Positions 8,512-16,820 of a DNA stretch of 35,933 nucleotides are shown piece by piece. The DNA comes from a virus. The stretch lies in the IMG/VR virus record IMGVR_UViG_3300035670_000709, one strand, 5' to 3'. The notes beneath the pieces are model-generated. The model saw only the letters and a list, made by a program, of their open reading frames with translations. It ran no database searches and was not told where the DNA came from. Both the position numbers and the translations under genes were made by a program. How positions within the stretch are numbered: position 1 is the stretch's first letter; the number at the start of each line of letters is the position of its first letter.

Positions 8512-9237
8512 ATGAATCCAGCGGCTATCATGATGTTTCGAGATGAAGAAGACATCATTTACGAAACACTAAAGAAATGGCAGGCAATCGGCATACAAGC
8601 CTTTTACCTTACAGACAACTGCTCTACTGACAATTCCATGAAGGAGGTGGAGCGGTTTAAAGCGGAAGCCGGGGATATTACTGTAAGTATCATGAACAGT
8701 AATATCTTAAACTACCCGGGGCGCGAGGTTTACAACTTCATGAAGGATAAAGCCATCCATTATGGCCATGACTGGATATTTCCGATTGACGCGGATGAGC
8801 AGCCAGCCAGCACGATCCCGGATTTTGATCTGCACAAATACTTGGAAGAATTGGCCGATGCCAGCGAGTTCTACTTTTGCAGTTTTTCCATTCCCTACCG
8901 CGACAATTTCTGTAACGGAAAATCACGATGGCACGAGCCGCAAAGAAAGGTATTCGGGCGGGTGCCGTATGCTTGGACGCTTAGTTATGGCAGCCACCAA
9001 TTTGACACCCAGTTTTCCGAAAAACGGGACGATTTCTTTTATGAACACTACCCTGTCCGTAGTTACGAGCAGTTCAGAAAAAAAGCCATTAACTATATGA
9101 CCGCGATGGTCGGCAATCCCGATCTGCTATACCACCCACACGCGCTCAACCACGAGAAGTGGAAAGAGCAGGGTGAATCCTTTATCGAAAATCTGTACGA
9201 ATCATGCTTATCTACTCTGCAATGGCCGCCATTGTGA
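8512..9237 (+). CDS. GT-A fold glycosyltransferase (GT2-like)
   Basis: AIMMFRDEEDIIYETLKKWQAIGIQAFYLTDNCSTDNSMKEV and DWIFPIDADEQ (DxD-type) match the family-2-like pattern a.v.NEe..i.ewl.h....Gvd.fyi.DN.StD.t....D.DE. Confidence 0.65.
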   Translation: MNPAAIMMFRDEEDIIYETLKKWQAIGIQAFYLTDNCSTDNSMKEVERFKAEAGDITVSIMNSNILNYPGREVYNFMKDKAIHYGHDWIFPIDADEQPASTIPDFDLHKYLEELADASEFYFCSFSIPYRDNFCNGKSRWHEPQRKVFGRVPYAWTLSYGSHQFDTQFSEKRDDFFYEHYPVRSYEQFRKKAINYMTAMVGNPDLLYHPHALNHEKWKEQGESFIENLYESCLSTLQWPPL

Positions 9238-9326
9238 TCTTGTCCACATGGGTCGTTTATGACGCCTTAAAACAGGTTATGAACCGAGAAAAGGCTGAAG
9301 ATGACGACCCCTTTAAAAATTTGTAA
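9204..9326 (+). CDS. Small membrane peptide (40 aa)
   Basis: My translation is MLIYSAMAAIVILSTWVVYDALKQVMNREKAEDDDPFKNL: one TM segment plus an acidic tail. It fills the 98-nt gap between the two glycosyltransferase genes and ends 9 nt before the next ATG. Confidence 0.4.
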   Translation: MLIYSAMAAIVILSTWVVYDALKQVMNREKAEDDDPFKNL

Positions 9327-9335
9327 ATAAAAAAT

Positions 9336-10262
9336 ATGAGAGTACTTATTATCGAGCCGCCCGCACTCGGAGCCGTGGGATATTGGAGGCTGTATCAGCC
9401 CTTGCAAGCGATGCGCCAAAGTTTCAACAACTTCGACTTCGATGTCAAACAGGACTTCAAGGAGGGTGAACTAATGATGTACGACTGGCTGATTTTGGCG
9501 CGGCCTTCTAAGCCGATTGAAATGGAAATGATCGCCACGGCCAAAAAGTTAGGCGTAAAAGTCGCCGTGGATTATGATGACGACCTATTCAACATCCCGA
9601 TCATGCACCCGGCGTTCGATACATTCAACGACCCCGAACGCAAGCAGGTGATAGCCACGGCCGCCGTGACCGCCGATGTGTTGTGGTGTTCAACCCAAAG
9701 CATTAAAGATAGCATTGGGTTGGATAAGGCTATCGTGATTCCGAACGCAATACCGCTTTACTGGCTACCCGAAAAACCCGCGCCGATCACCAAGTCCGCC
9801 GGGTGGCGCGGCCAACCGACGCAATATACGGACGTGGTATTACAGGGGTGGGCTTCCGGGTGGTACGACCGAATCAAAGACGAGCCGGATATGTGGCATT
9901 GGATGGGCTGGAAGCCGTGGCCGCTTAGCCCCGGCGCGCAACACAAGGTGGAGAAGGGGACAAGTATTGTTAAGTACTTGGATTATGTCAAAAACGCGGG
10001 CATCAACTTGATGTGGAAGCCGCTGCTGCCTTCCGTATTCAATGACGGAAAATCCAACATCGCGTGGCTGGAGGCGACAATGGGCGGGGGCGCGTGTGTA
10101 ACAAATTATGCGGGAAAATCGGGGTGGGAGACCTGTTTGCCCGATTTTGATTTTACCGAATCGGTGATACATGACGCGTGGCGCGCATCAAGGGAAAAAG
10201 TTGTAAAAGATCATGACCTTTACGAGCAGGCCTGCGTGAGGTACGCTTGTCTTTGTGAATAA
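9336..10262 (+). CDS. Putative second glycosyltransferase
   Basis: GYWRLYQPLQAM...DWLILARPSKPIEMEMIATAKKLGVKVAVDYDDDLFNIP...ADVLWCSTQSIKD...IVIPNAIP resembles the R...P...L / qR...g.k...D.DD / aD.v.vST..L / v.pN pattern of a glycosyltransferase group seen in surface-glycan loci. The fold call is tentative. Confidence 0.45.
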   Translation: MRVLIIEPPALGAVGYWRLYQPLQAMRQSFNNFDFDVKQDFKEGELMMYDWLILARPSKPIEMEMIATAKKLGVKVAVDYDDDLFNIPIMHPAFDTFNDPERKQVIATAAVTADVLWCSTQSIKDSIGLDKAIVIPNAIPLYWLPEKPAPITKSAGWRGQPTQYTDVVLQGWASGWYDRIKDEPDMWHWMGWKPWPLSPGAQHKVEKGTSIVKYLDYVKNAGINLMWKPLLPSVFNDGKSNIAWLEATMGGGACVTNYAGKSGWETCLPDFDFTESVIHDAWRASREKVVKDHDLYEQACVRYACLCE

Positions 10263-10295
10263 GAATCGGTATGATTCCTTAATAAAAAAAATATT

Positions 10296-10538
10296 ATGAG
10301 TAAAATGCCTTTTACAAATGACGCCTACTTTGGAAGATATAATGAAATATTAAAAGAAAATAACGGTAATTCGATTTTGGCATGGGAGTGTTTAGAGATA
10401 GAGATTCGATATGCCACAAACGGATATAGTAGATTTACGTCTTTTGATCTATTTCAGAGCGCTTTTAATGAATACCAGGCAGGCAATTTAAGCAAAAACG
10501 TATCTTTAACTTATAGGCCTATTTGGTTTAACGTGTAA
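10296..10538 (+). CDS. Hypothetical small protein, paralog 1 (80 aa, AT-rich gene)
   Basis: Shares N.DAYFG.Y...L...AW...E....GY.R..(S/T)(F/Y).(L/S)FQ.AF..Y..G.L with the next ORF. My hand count gives about 33% GC. Confidence 0.6.
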   Translation: MSKMPFTNDAYFGRYNEILKENNGNSILAWECLEIEIRYATNGYSRFTSFDLFQSAFNEYQAGNLSKNVSLTYRPIWFNV

Positions 10539-10544
10539 AACGCC

Positions 10545-10760
10545 ATGCTGAAAAACGCTGACTACTTCGGGGCTTACGGCAAACACCTTGCGTCCGGCTG
10601 CACGCCGCGAGAGGCATGGAAAAAGACCGAACGTGATTTGGCAAAGTTTACAGGCGGGTATAATCGTTACATGACTTACGAGTCTTTTCAGGTGGCTTTT
10701 TCGCGATACAGGCGGGGCGAACTAAACAGGCACCTGCTTCTAAAATTAGTAAAGCCTTAG
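10545..10760 (+). CDS. Hypothetical small protein, paralog 2 (71 aa)
   Basis: NADYFGAYGKHL...EAWKKTE...GGYNRYMTYESFQVAFSRYRRGELN aligns with the preceding ORF. My hand count gives about 50% GC. Confidence 0.6.
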   Translation: MLKNADYFGAYGKHLASGCTPREAWKKTERDLAKFTGGYNRYMTYESFQVAFSRYRRGELNRHLLLKLVKP

Positions 10761-10786
10761 ATTTTTTTTGTGTAGTTGGTATTGCA

Positions 10787-10820
10787 GCCCGTTGACGAAA
10801 GTCGGCGGGCTTTTTTATTT
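10787..10820 (+). terminator. Rho-independent terminator
   Basis: Stem gcccgttgac / gtcggcgggc (10 bp including two G-U pairs), GAAA tetraloop, followed by ttttttattt. Confidence 0.8.
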
Positions 10821-10866
10821 ACCGCGCGTTAATTAGAGGGTACGCACTTTTGCAAAAAATATAGTA

Positions 10867-12228
10867 TTGCGGATATTTGGTTACGATATTTCACTCAAAC
10901 GCACACCCGCGACCGAAAAGCGCACGGCGGGGGGATTTACCGGCCAAAACTATCTGATAGAGCATGCGCGAATGTCGCCCGTAACCAACACCCGCGCGAC
11001 GGACAAAAATATTTTGGGGCTTAGCCCTGTTTGGTCTGCAATCCGCTATATTTCTGAAGGGGTGGCTATGTTGCCGCTGGATGTTTACAGGCGCACGCCC
11101 GAGGGCAACATTAAGACGCCTAACCACCCGCTGCAATACCTTATCGCTGATCGGCCACATCGGTATTACTCAAAGTTCGACTTTTTATCGGCGCTGATCT
11201 CAAATGCGCTTTTGGGTGACGGGTACGCGCGTATCCATTTTGACCAGTCCGGCGCGCCTTACGCGCTCGAGGTTTTGCCGCGCGATATTGTTAGTATCGA
11301 GTTGACCCAGTCCGGGGCGATGCTTTACCACGTTTGGGGCAACCCGGCGCCGGCCACGGTGTTTGGCGGGCTGCAAATTGTCGCGACACTTCAGGATTAT
11401 GAGGTTATACATATCAAGGGGGTATCGTTCAACGGCATTAAAGGCGAACGCCTTACCCTTACGCACAAAGACGGATTAGGGGCGGCACTATCGGCGCAAG
11501 CCTACACAAAGCAGTTCTTTGAAAATGGCGCGGCCGTTGCCGGGGCTATTATCTTTCCGCAGTCGCTGACAAAGGATCAGCGCGACCGTGTGCAAGATAA
11601 ATTCGCCCGCGACCATTCCGGCTCGGATAATGCGGGAAAGGTGATGGTGCTGGATTCCGGGGTGAAGTACGAGAAAATCAGTATGGGGCCGCAAGAGGCC
11701 GCGCTGGTGGACTTCCGAAATTTGAGCGTTGAGGATTGCAGCCGGATCTTCAAGATACCGCTGCACATGCTTTCCAGCCTTGACCGTTCGACGTACTCAA
11801 ACATCGAACAGCAGGAAAATGATTTTTACGCGCATTGCCTGCCAACGTGGACGCAAAAGATTGAGCAGGAGTTCAACTACAAACTATTCACCCGGCTGGA
11901 ACGCGAAAAGCGCCGGGCGTTCGTGCAATTTGACTATACATTCGTGCGCATGGGTGACAGCCAAAGCACGGCGCAACTTATAGCCTCTACCATCCAGAAC
12001 GGGATAATGACCCAAAACGAGTGGCGGCAACGATTAAACCTGCCAACAATGGCGGACGGAAACGAACGATATATACAGCAGAATATGGCACCCGTCGGGA
12101 TGCTTTCTGAATTGTTAGAGGGCAAAATTGAGCAGGCTGAAGGGGTGGACGTAGAAGAGCCGGACGTAGAAGAGACGGACACAGAAGATCAACCGGCGGC
12201 ATCGCCACAAATGACCGACAATGATTGA
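10867..12228 (+). CDS. Portal protein (HK97-family)
   Basis: VWSAIRYISEGVAMLPLDVYRR...HPLQYLIADRPHRYYSKFDFLSALISNALLGDGYARI matches the portal family N-terminal core. Acidic C-terminal tail. Followed by protease and capsid genes. The start is uncertain: TTG at 10867 (track) or the first in-frame ATG at 10972. Confidence 0.85.
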   Translation: MRIFGYDISLKRTPATEKRTAGGFTGQNYLIEHARMSPVTNTRATDKNILGLSPVWSAIRYISEGVAMLPLDVYRRTPEGNIKTPNHPLQYLIADRPHRYYSKFDFLSALISNALLGDGYARIHFDQSGAPYALEVLPRDIVSIELTQSGAMLYHVWGNPAPATVFGGLQIVATLQDYEVIHIKGVSFNGIKGERLTLTHKDGLGAALSAQAYTKQFFENGAAVAGAIIFPQSLTKDQRDRVQDKFARDHSGSDNAGKVMVLDSGVKYEKISMGPQEAALVDFRNLSVEDCSRIFKIPLHMLSSLDRSTYSNIEQQENDFYAHCLPTWTQKIEQEFNYKLFTRLEREKRRAFVQFDYTFVRMGDSQSTAQLIASTIQNGIMTQNEWRQRLNLPTMADGNERYIQQNMAPVGMLSELLEGKIEQAEGVDVEEPDVEETDTEDQPAASPQMTDND

Positions 12229-12802
12229 ACGCAGGTATATTAATTCGGATTTTGAAATCCGGGCAAAAGACGGGAAAAAGACGCTTCGCGGCTATGCGCT
12301 GAAATTCGGCGTGCCTTACGACATGGGCTTCTTTACAGAAGAAATAGCGGCGGGCGCACTTGATGAGGCGGATATGTCGGATGTTCGCATCCTGTTCAAC
12401 CACGACCCTAATTTGATTTTGGGGCGCACGAGTGCAGGAACGGCGCGGATAGCCATTGACAAGACCGGGCTTTTTTATGAGGCGGAATTGCCCGATTCCC
12501 CCAACGGGGAAAACGTCCGGGTGGCATTGGAGCGCGGCGATATTACCCAAAGTTCCTGGGGTTTTCAGTTGGAATATGATTACGAAAACCCGCCCGCTGA
12601 ATGGACGCGAAAGGACGGGAAAGACTACCGCACAATCACAAAGGTCAAGCGCGTATTTGACGCATCGCCCGTGACCTTCCCAGCAAACCCGGATACCACG
12701 GCGGCGCAACGCTCGCTGGATGAGTACAAAAAGCGTTTGCAGGAATCTGAAATGAAATCTAAACTGGCTGAAATCGACTGCATTTTAGCCTCGTGCCAAT
12801 AA
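12221..12802 (+). CDS. Prohead maturation protease (HK97 / S78-type)
   Basis: LRGYALKFGVPYDMG.FTEEIAAGAL...VRILFNHDPNLILGR...GLFYEAELPDS...GDITQSSWGF fits the S78 pattern with His (NHD) and Ser (SSWGF). Overlaps the portal stop by 8 nt. Confidence 0.85.
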   Translation: MIERRYINSDFEIRAKDGKKTLRGYALKFGVPYDMGFFTEEIAAGALDEADMSDVRILFNHDPNLILGRTSAGTARIAIDKTGLFYEAELPDSPNGENVRVALERGDITQSSWGFQLEYDYENPPAEWTRKDGKDYRTITKVKRVFDASPVTFPANPDTTAAQRSLDEYKKRLQESEMKSKLAEIDCILASCQ

Positions 12803-12814
12803 ATTTATCACATT

Positions 12815-14206
12815 ATGAAAAACAAACTCGAAGCGCAGCAAAGCGCAGCGGCAGCCGCACAGCAGATCGAAAATCTGCGGGCTAAGGCCGAATCCGGGCA
12901 ATGGGGCGAGGCTGATCAAGCAGCCCTTGAAGCCGCAAAATCTCAACTCAAAACCAGCCAAGAGGCCGAACGCCGCTTCGCCGAATTTGAGGCACTGGAA
13001 TTGGCAACCAGTACCTACAAGACCGGACAGGAGCAGCGCAGCGAAACCACAACCGCCGCAAACCCTATGACCGTGAACATTATCAAGAGCGAAAACCGGG
13101 GCGACAGCGAAGAGCGCATGGCGCAACGCTTCAGCCTGTTTGATGCCGTGCGCGATGCCGCATACGGTAAGAATCTCACAGGCCTTTCCGCCGAAATTGA
13201 CCAGCAGGGCAAAATGGAAGCGCGCAAAGCCGGGATCACCGACTACGGCACGGGTTCAATCACCCTGCCTGCCTTCATGGTGGCCAACCAGCGCACGATC
13301 GAAAAGCGCGACAAGCGCACGATCGAAAAGCGCGACATGCTTGCAGGTACTACCACGGCTGGCGGGTTTACCGTTCAGACCGAGGTTGGTGAACTGATCC
13401 CGTTCCTTGACCCGCGTTTGACGGTTCGCCAGCTGGGCGCTACCTACCTGACCGGGCTGACCGGAAACGTGGACTTCCCGCGAAACGATGCCGCCGCCGC
13501 CGTTGGCCGCAAGACGGAGGTTGCAACCGCCGACGAAACCAGCCCGACGTTCGATCAGGTGCAGTTGCGCCCGGTTCGTTACACGGCCTTTGTGGATGTG
13601 TCGAAGCAGGTTATTCTGCAGTCGAACATTGACATGGAGAACTTTGTGCGTAACCGCCTGAATGAAGCCCTGTTCCGCAAACTTGAAGAAGAATGCTTCA
13701 CGAACTCGGACAACACGGGTATCTTCAATTTGGCCGGCGTAAACGACATCACGATCGGCACCAACGGCGGCGACTTGACGTGGGAACTTGTCGTGAAGTT
13801 CGAGAGCGAAGTGGCGGCCGATAACGCCGACATGGGGCGCCTCGGTTACCTGTTCACGCCGCAAGTGGCTGGCAAATTGAAAACCACCAAGCGCGACGTG
13901 GCTGGTAACGGCTTCATCTGGGAAGGGCCGAACATGAACGCAAGCGTGAACGGCTACCAAGCCTACGCATCCAACCTGCTTCCGAAAAACCTGTCAAAAG
14001 GTGGATTCACCAGCGTGCTGCATGGTGGTGTGTTCGGCAACTGGGCGGACTTGCTGATCGGCCAATTCGGTGGCGTGGACATCCTTATTAACCCTTACAC
14101 GAAGGGCAAAGAGGCTACGGTGGAGGTTATTGTTAACGCATGGTTTGACCACGCAATCCGCCAAGCCGCTTCTTTCTGTAAGTGCGATGAATTGTATCCG
14201 TCCTAA
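12815..14206 (+). CDS. Major capsid protein, HK97 fold, with N-terminal coiled-coil delta/scaffold domain
   Basis: Ala/Gln/Glu-rich N-terminal region of about 100 aa. Then GTTTAGGFTVQTEVGELIPFLDPRLTVRQLGATYLTGLTGNVDFPR and later core motifs typical of HK97-family capsids. Gene order is portal-protease-capsid. Confidence 0.9.
   Translation: MKNKLEAQQSAAAAAQQIENLRAKAESGQWGEADQAALEAAKSQLKTSQEAERRFAEFEALELATSTYKTGQEQRSETTTAANPMTVNIIKSENRGDSEERMAQRFSLFDAVRDAAYGKNLTGLSAEIDQQGKMEARKAGITDYGTGSITLPAFMVANQRTIEKRDKRTIEKRDMLAGTTTAGGFTVQTEVGELIPFLDPRLTVRQLGATYLTGLTGNVDFPRNDAAAAVGRKTEVATADETSPTFDQVQLRPVRYTAFVDVSKQVILQSNIDMENFVRNRLNEALFRKLEEECFTNSDNTGIFNLAGVNDITIGTNGGDLTWELVVKFESEVAADNADMGRLGYLFTPQVAGKLKTTKRDVAGNGFIWEGPNMNASVNGYQAYASNLLPKNLSKGGFTSVLHGGVFGNWADLLIGQFGGVDILINPYTKGKEATVEVIVNAWFDHAIRQAASFCKCDELYPS
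13290..13337 (+). repeat. Perfect in-frame 24-bp tandem duplication inside the capsid gene (agcgcacgatcgaaaagcgcgaca x2)
   Basis: 13290-13313 equals 13314-13337 base for base. It encodes QRTIEKRD-KRTIEKRD just upstream of MLAGTTTAGG. Confidence 0.95.
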
Positions 14207-14433
14207 TGCCACTTGTCAGATTTAAAAAATCTGGCGTGGCTTATGGATACGCCTACAATTTCGGAGAAGTTGGAATTGTTCAGGAATTTCATAAGCAAAG
14301 GCTGGTTGACGCCGGGATCGTCGATTTGATAGCCGACGACCCGGCTCAACCGAGCCAATACGAAACACCGGAAAAATTAACGCCTAAAATCGAAAAGCGT
14401 GACGTGGGAAGTAGTAAGCGGACCAAGCGTTGA
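14206..14433 (+). CDS. Hypothetical head-module protein (75 aa)
   Basis: TAATG overlap with the capsid stop. Basic C-terminus. Contains KIEKRD, encoded by atcgaaaagcgtgac, 14/15 identical to the capsid repeat core. Confidence 0.5.
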   Translation: MPLVRFKKSGVAYGYAYNFGEVGIVQEFHKQRLVDAGIVDLIADDPAQPSQYETPEKLTPKIEKRDVGSSKRTKR

Positions 14434-14965
14434 GCCGATAACCTTATCCGAGGCTAAGGCATGGCTAAAGGTGGACGATAGCGCCGAGAACGCGCTGATC
14501 GAAAGCCTAATTAGTGCGGCGCGACGCAAGGCCGAACAATACAGCGGACAATTACTACTTACTCAAACGGTACGAGAATACTTTGACGGATTTCCGCCGT
14601 ATCAGATCGAACTATCCTTCCCGGCGAACAGTATAACCGCCGTAAAGTACAAAGACGAAACCGGAACAGAACAAACCGTTTCTTCATCGGATTATTCGGC
14701 GGACATTGTAAGCAAAGCCCCGCGTATTTGGATTAACCCGGACAAAGCATGGCCTACAACAGGAAGTTACCCGAACGCTGTTTCGATCGAATATTCTACC
14801 GGATACGCGACGGCTTCAGACGTGCCGGACACTTTCAAAACAGCTATTTGCCTGCTACTGGCATTCTTTTACGAAAATCGCGAGGATATGCCAATTTCAG
14901 GCAGCAACGATCCGCGCGTCCGCTCGTTTAATCTAATCCTGCACAACGAAAAAACAATGACTTGA
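14399..14965 (+). CDS. Head-tail connector protein (gp6-like)
   Basis: EPITLSEAKAWLKVDDSAENALIESLISAARRKAEQYSGQLLLTQTVREYFDGF matches the it..eaK.hLrvd...ed.li..li.aA....e..tgr.l..qt pattern. GTG start. Confidence 0.75.
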   Translation: MTWEVVSGPSVEPITLSEAKAWLKVDDSAENALIESLISAARRKAEQYSGQLLLTQTVREYFDGFPPYQIELSFPANSITAVKYKDETGTEQTVSSSDYSADIVSKAPRIWINPDKAWPTTGSYPNAVSIEYSTGYATASDVPDTFKTAICLLLAFFYENREDMPISGSNDPRVRSFNLILHNEKTMT

Positions 14966-15309
14966 TGGATAACCTAAGCGCGAAAAAAACACGCATCGGG
15001 CATCTCGATCAAATTATTGAGATACAGACACCAACGTACAGTACTACGGTGTACGGCGAACAAACGCCCGCATGGTCGCCGCTCGTTACATTGTACGCAA
15101 ACGTAGAGTATAGTACGACCGGACAAATGGAGGATGTAAACGGAAAAACCATAAAAGAATATCGCCCCGTAATATTCACCGTGCGCTACCGTGCGAACGT
15201 TACATCAAAAGACCGAATATTTTATGCGGGCGACGCGTACGATATTGAGAATATATCACACGAGGGTAGAAAGCGATTTACTAAGTTAATTTGCATGTTG
15301 AGGAAATAA
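14962..15309 (+). CDS. Head closure / head-tail joining protein
   Basis: RIGHLDQIIEIQ...YANVEYSTTGQMED...FTVRYRANVTSKDRIFYAGDAYDIENISH fits the head-tail joining family pattern (Ri.i....wa.v...sg.E....f.iRyr..i....Ri.y.g..y.I). Confidence 0.7.
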   Translation: MMDNLSAKKTRIGHLDQIIEIQTPTYSTTVYGEQTPAWSPLVTLYANVEYSTTGQMEDVNGKTIKEYRPVIFTVRYRANVTSKDRIFYAGDAYDIENISHEGRKRFTKLICMLRK

Positions 15310-15788
15310 TGGCGCGCGGAATAAGCATAGATGTTCGGAAGTTCAACGAAGAAGCAAAGGTGCTTGTTCAGCAGCTCGAACGGTGGAGTACGGATATTCA
15401 AAAGGACGCACAAAAGATCGTAAAGCCGGCCGCCGAGTTTACCGCAAAAAAAATAGCCGAAAAAACACCAGTATATAACAGGCGACATTACAGGTATTCA
15501 AACGGACAAAAGATAGCAGAATATTACCCGGGCAACCTTCGCAGATCAATACTGAATCTTGACCTTAGAAAGGTGCCGGGCGCAATAGTAGGGCCGAAGT
15601 TGGGCGGAAGTCGCGGTAAGTTTTCGGGCGCTCGAGTGGATGGGTACTATTTCCGATTTGTGGATCGTGGCGCACCCGCAAGGGGGATACGGCCGCAAAG
15701 GATTAGGTCGAAAGGCGCGGCGGCTGCGAGGCAAACGGCGTACAGGATTATTCAAAAGCGGCTTATTCAAAGATTGAAAACATTATGA
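15309..15788 (+). CDS. HK97 gp10-like neck/tail-completion protein
   Basis: The ATG at 15309 overlaps the upstream TAA (TAATG). YYPGNLRRSI and YYFRFVDRGAPARGIRPQ resemble tG.Lr.Si and Y..fvE.Gt of the gp10 family. Confidence 0.6.
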   Translation: MARGISIDVRKFNEEAKVLVQQLERWSTDIQKDAQKIVKPAAEFTAKKIAEKTPVYNRRHYRYSNGQKIAEYYPGNLRRSILNLDLRKVPGAIVGPKLGGSRGKFSGARVDGYYFRFVDRGAPARGIRPQRIRSKGAAAARQTAYRIIQKRLIQRLKTL

Positions 15789-16006
15789 GGCTAAAACTTC
15801 TCAAAGAATATAAAGGCATCCCGGCGGGCGCGGTTGCAGACTTTAACAACGCCCAAGAGATGCTGGACAATGGATTAGCAGTTTGGGTGCCGCAGGACAC
15901 GGCATGCAAACTAAAGGATGCGGAACTTTACGGAGAATGTACGCACCCGATCAAACAAGACACGACAGGCACGAAAAAAACAAAAGCCGGAAACGGCCAA
16001 CTCTAA
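15785..16006 (+). CDS. Hypothetical protein (73 aa) in the slot normally held by a tail terminator
   Basis: ATGA overlap upstream. No family recognised, and it is too short for a DUF3168-type terminator. Confidence 0.5.
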   Translation: MRLKLLKEYKGIPAGAVADFNNAQEMLDNGLAVWVPQDTACKLKDAELYGECTHPIKQDTTGTKKTKAGNGQL

Positions 16007-16027
16007 TTTAAAAAACAGTTTTTTGCC

Positions 16028-16441
16028 ATGCCTACAACTGGAACCGTTAACGGCCGACTGATTAAAATATATGTTGACAGCACGGCCGTCACATGCCAAA
16101 CAAACAGCACGCTCGAGATGACCATGGAGCCGCGCGAATCCACCTGCAAAGACACGGTGGGCAACGCTGCCGCCTTTTTGGCTGGCCGCACATCGTGGAC
16201 AATGGGCGGCGAAGCCAAACTGGCTTTTGACGCATCGAAAGGCTTTAGCGCCCTTTACACCGCTTGGAAAGACGGCACGCAATTAACGCTTGCTTTCCAG
16301 TCCACGGTATCCGGCGACAAGGGTTATTCCGGCGTTGGCTTCATCACTTCGCTTTCGGCCGACACGCCGGATAATGAAGATTCAACATTCTCTTTTTCCA
16401 TTCAGGGATCGGGCGCGTTGACCGAGTTCACGACTTCCTAA
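16028..16441 (+). CDS. Major tail (tube) protein, phi13/TP901-1-like
   Basis: CQTNSTLEMTMEPRESTCKDTVGNAAAFLAGRTSWTMGGEAKL...YSGVGFITSLSADTPDNEDSTFSFSIQGSGAL fits the q.s.sl....e..d.tsKd......g...w.i..eg / y.G.a.it...... .e..tfs..l.g.G.l pattern. Precedes the chaperone and tape measure genes. Confidence 0.75.
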   Translation: MPTTGTVNGRLIKIYVDSTAVTCQTNSTLEMTMEPRESTCKDTVGNAAAFLAGRTSWTMGGEAKLAFDASKGFSALYTAWKDGTQLTLAFQSTVSGDKGYSGVGFITSLSADTPDNEDSTFSFSIQGSGALTEFTTS

Positions 16442-16457
16442 TCTTAACAGACAAAAT

Positions 16458-16820
16458 ATGCAGGTTACTCTTTTTATTGGTGGCAAAGAACGCGCCGTAC
16501 AGGTTGACATGGGACTGGCTTACGACTACGAGGTAACTACCGGACGGCCGCTACATGAGGATATAAACCACATCGTAACAGGTAACAGCCTTGTGAAGAT
16601 TGTGGACCTGATGTACACGGCGCTGGTAGTTCCAATCCGTGAACGCGGCGGTGTTGTGGACTTCCGGCCGCGCGATGTTGCTGCATGGGTAGCAGAAAGC
16701 CCGACGGCCGCCGAAAAGTTTGCGCGTATAATGAACGACGCGTTTAGTATTCCAGCGAGTGATGAGCCCGAATCTGAACAAGGCGAAAAAAAGAGCAAGG
16801 CGGCTATTGGCAAAAGCTGA
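16458..16820 (+). CDS. Tail assembly chaperone (G-like, zero-frame product, 120 aa)
   Basis: Positioned between the tube and tape measure genes. Ends with a slippery site 25 nt before its stop. Confidence 0.75.
   Translation: MQVTLFIGGKERAVQVDMGLAYDYEVTTGRPLHEDINHIVTGNSLVKIVDLMYTALVVPIRERGGVVDFRPRDVAAWVAESPTAAEKFARIMNDAFSIPASDEPESEQGEKKSKAAIGKS

Noticed and set aside
10849-10869. Promoter for the structural operon upstream of portal (TTTG at 10849 and TAGTATTG at 10862)
   Set aside because: The spacing between the two elements is only 9 nt, against the roughly 19-22 nt seen at the other candidates. The -7-like box has a mismatch and overlaps the TTG start. A promoter or antitermination mechanism must exist after the 10787 terminator, but I cannot place it.
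11987-12709. 240-aa minus-strand ORF across the portal/protease junction
   Set aside because: It lies antisense to two genes with strong family signatures. The protein is Arg/Pro/Cys-rich with no motifs and no promoter or start context. This is the typical open antisense frame of a moderately GC-rich coding region.
13256-13960. 234-aa minus-strand ORF inside the capsid gene
   Set aside because: It is antisense to the well-supported HK97-type capsid ORF, and its sequence looks like a mirror-frame artefact. The same reasoning applies to 1971-2591, 21826-22395 and 27654-28205 on the minus strand.
14390-14404. IEKRD as a defined prohead-protease cleavage motif shared by the capsid and the 75-aa protein
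   Set aside because: It rests on one 15-nt near-match and on no known specificity for this protease family. It is mentioned within the capsid-duplication finding but is not claimed as a site.
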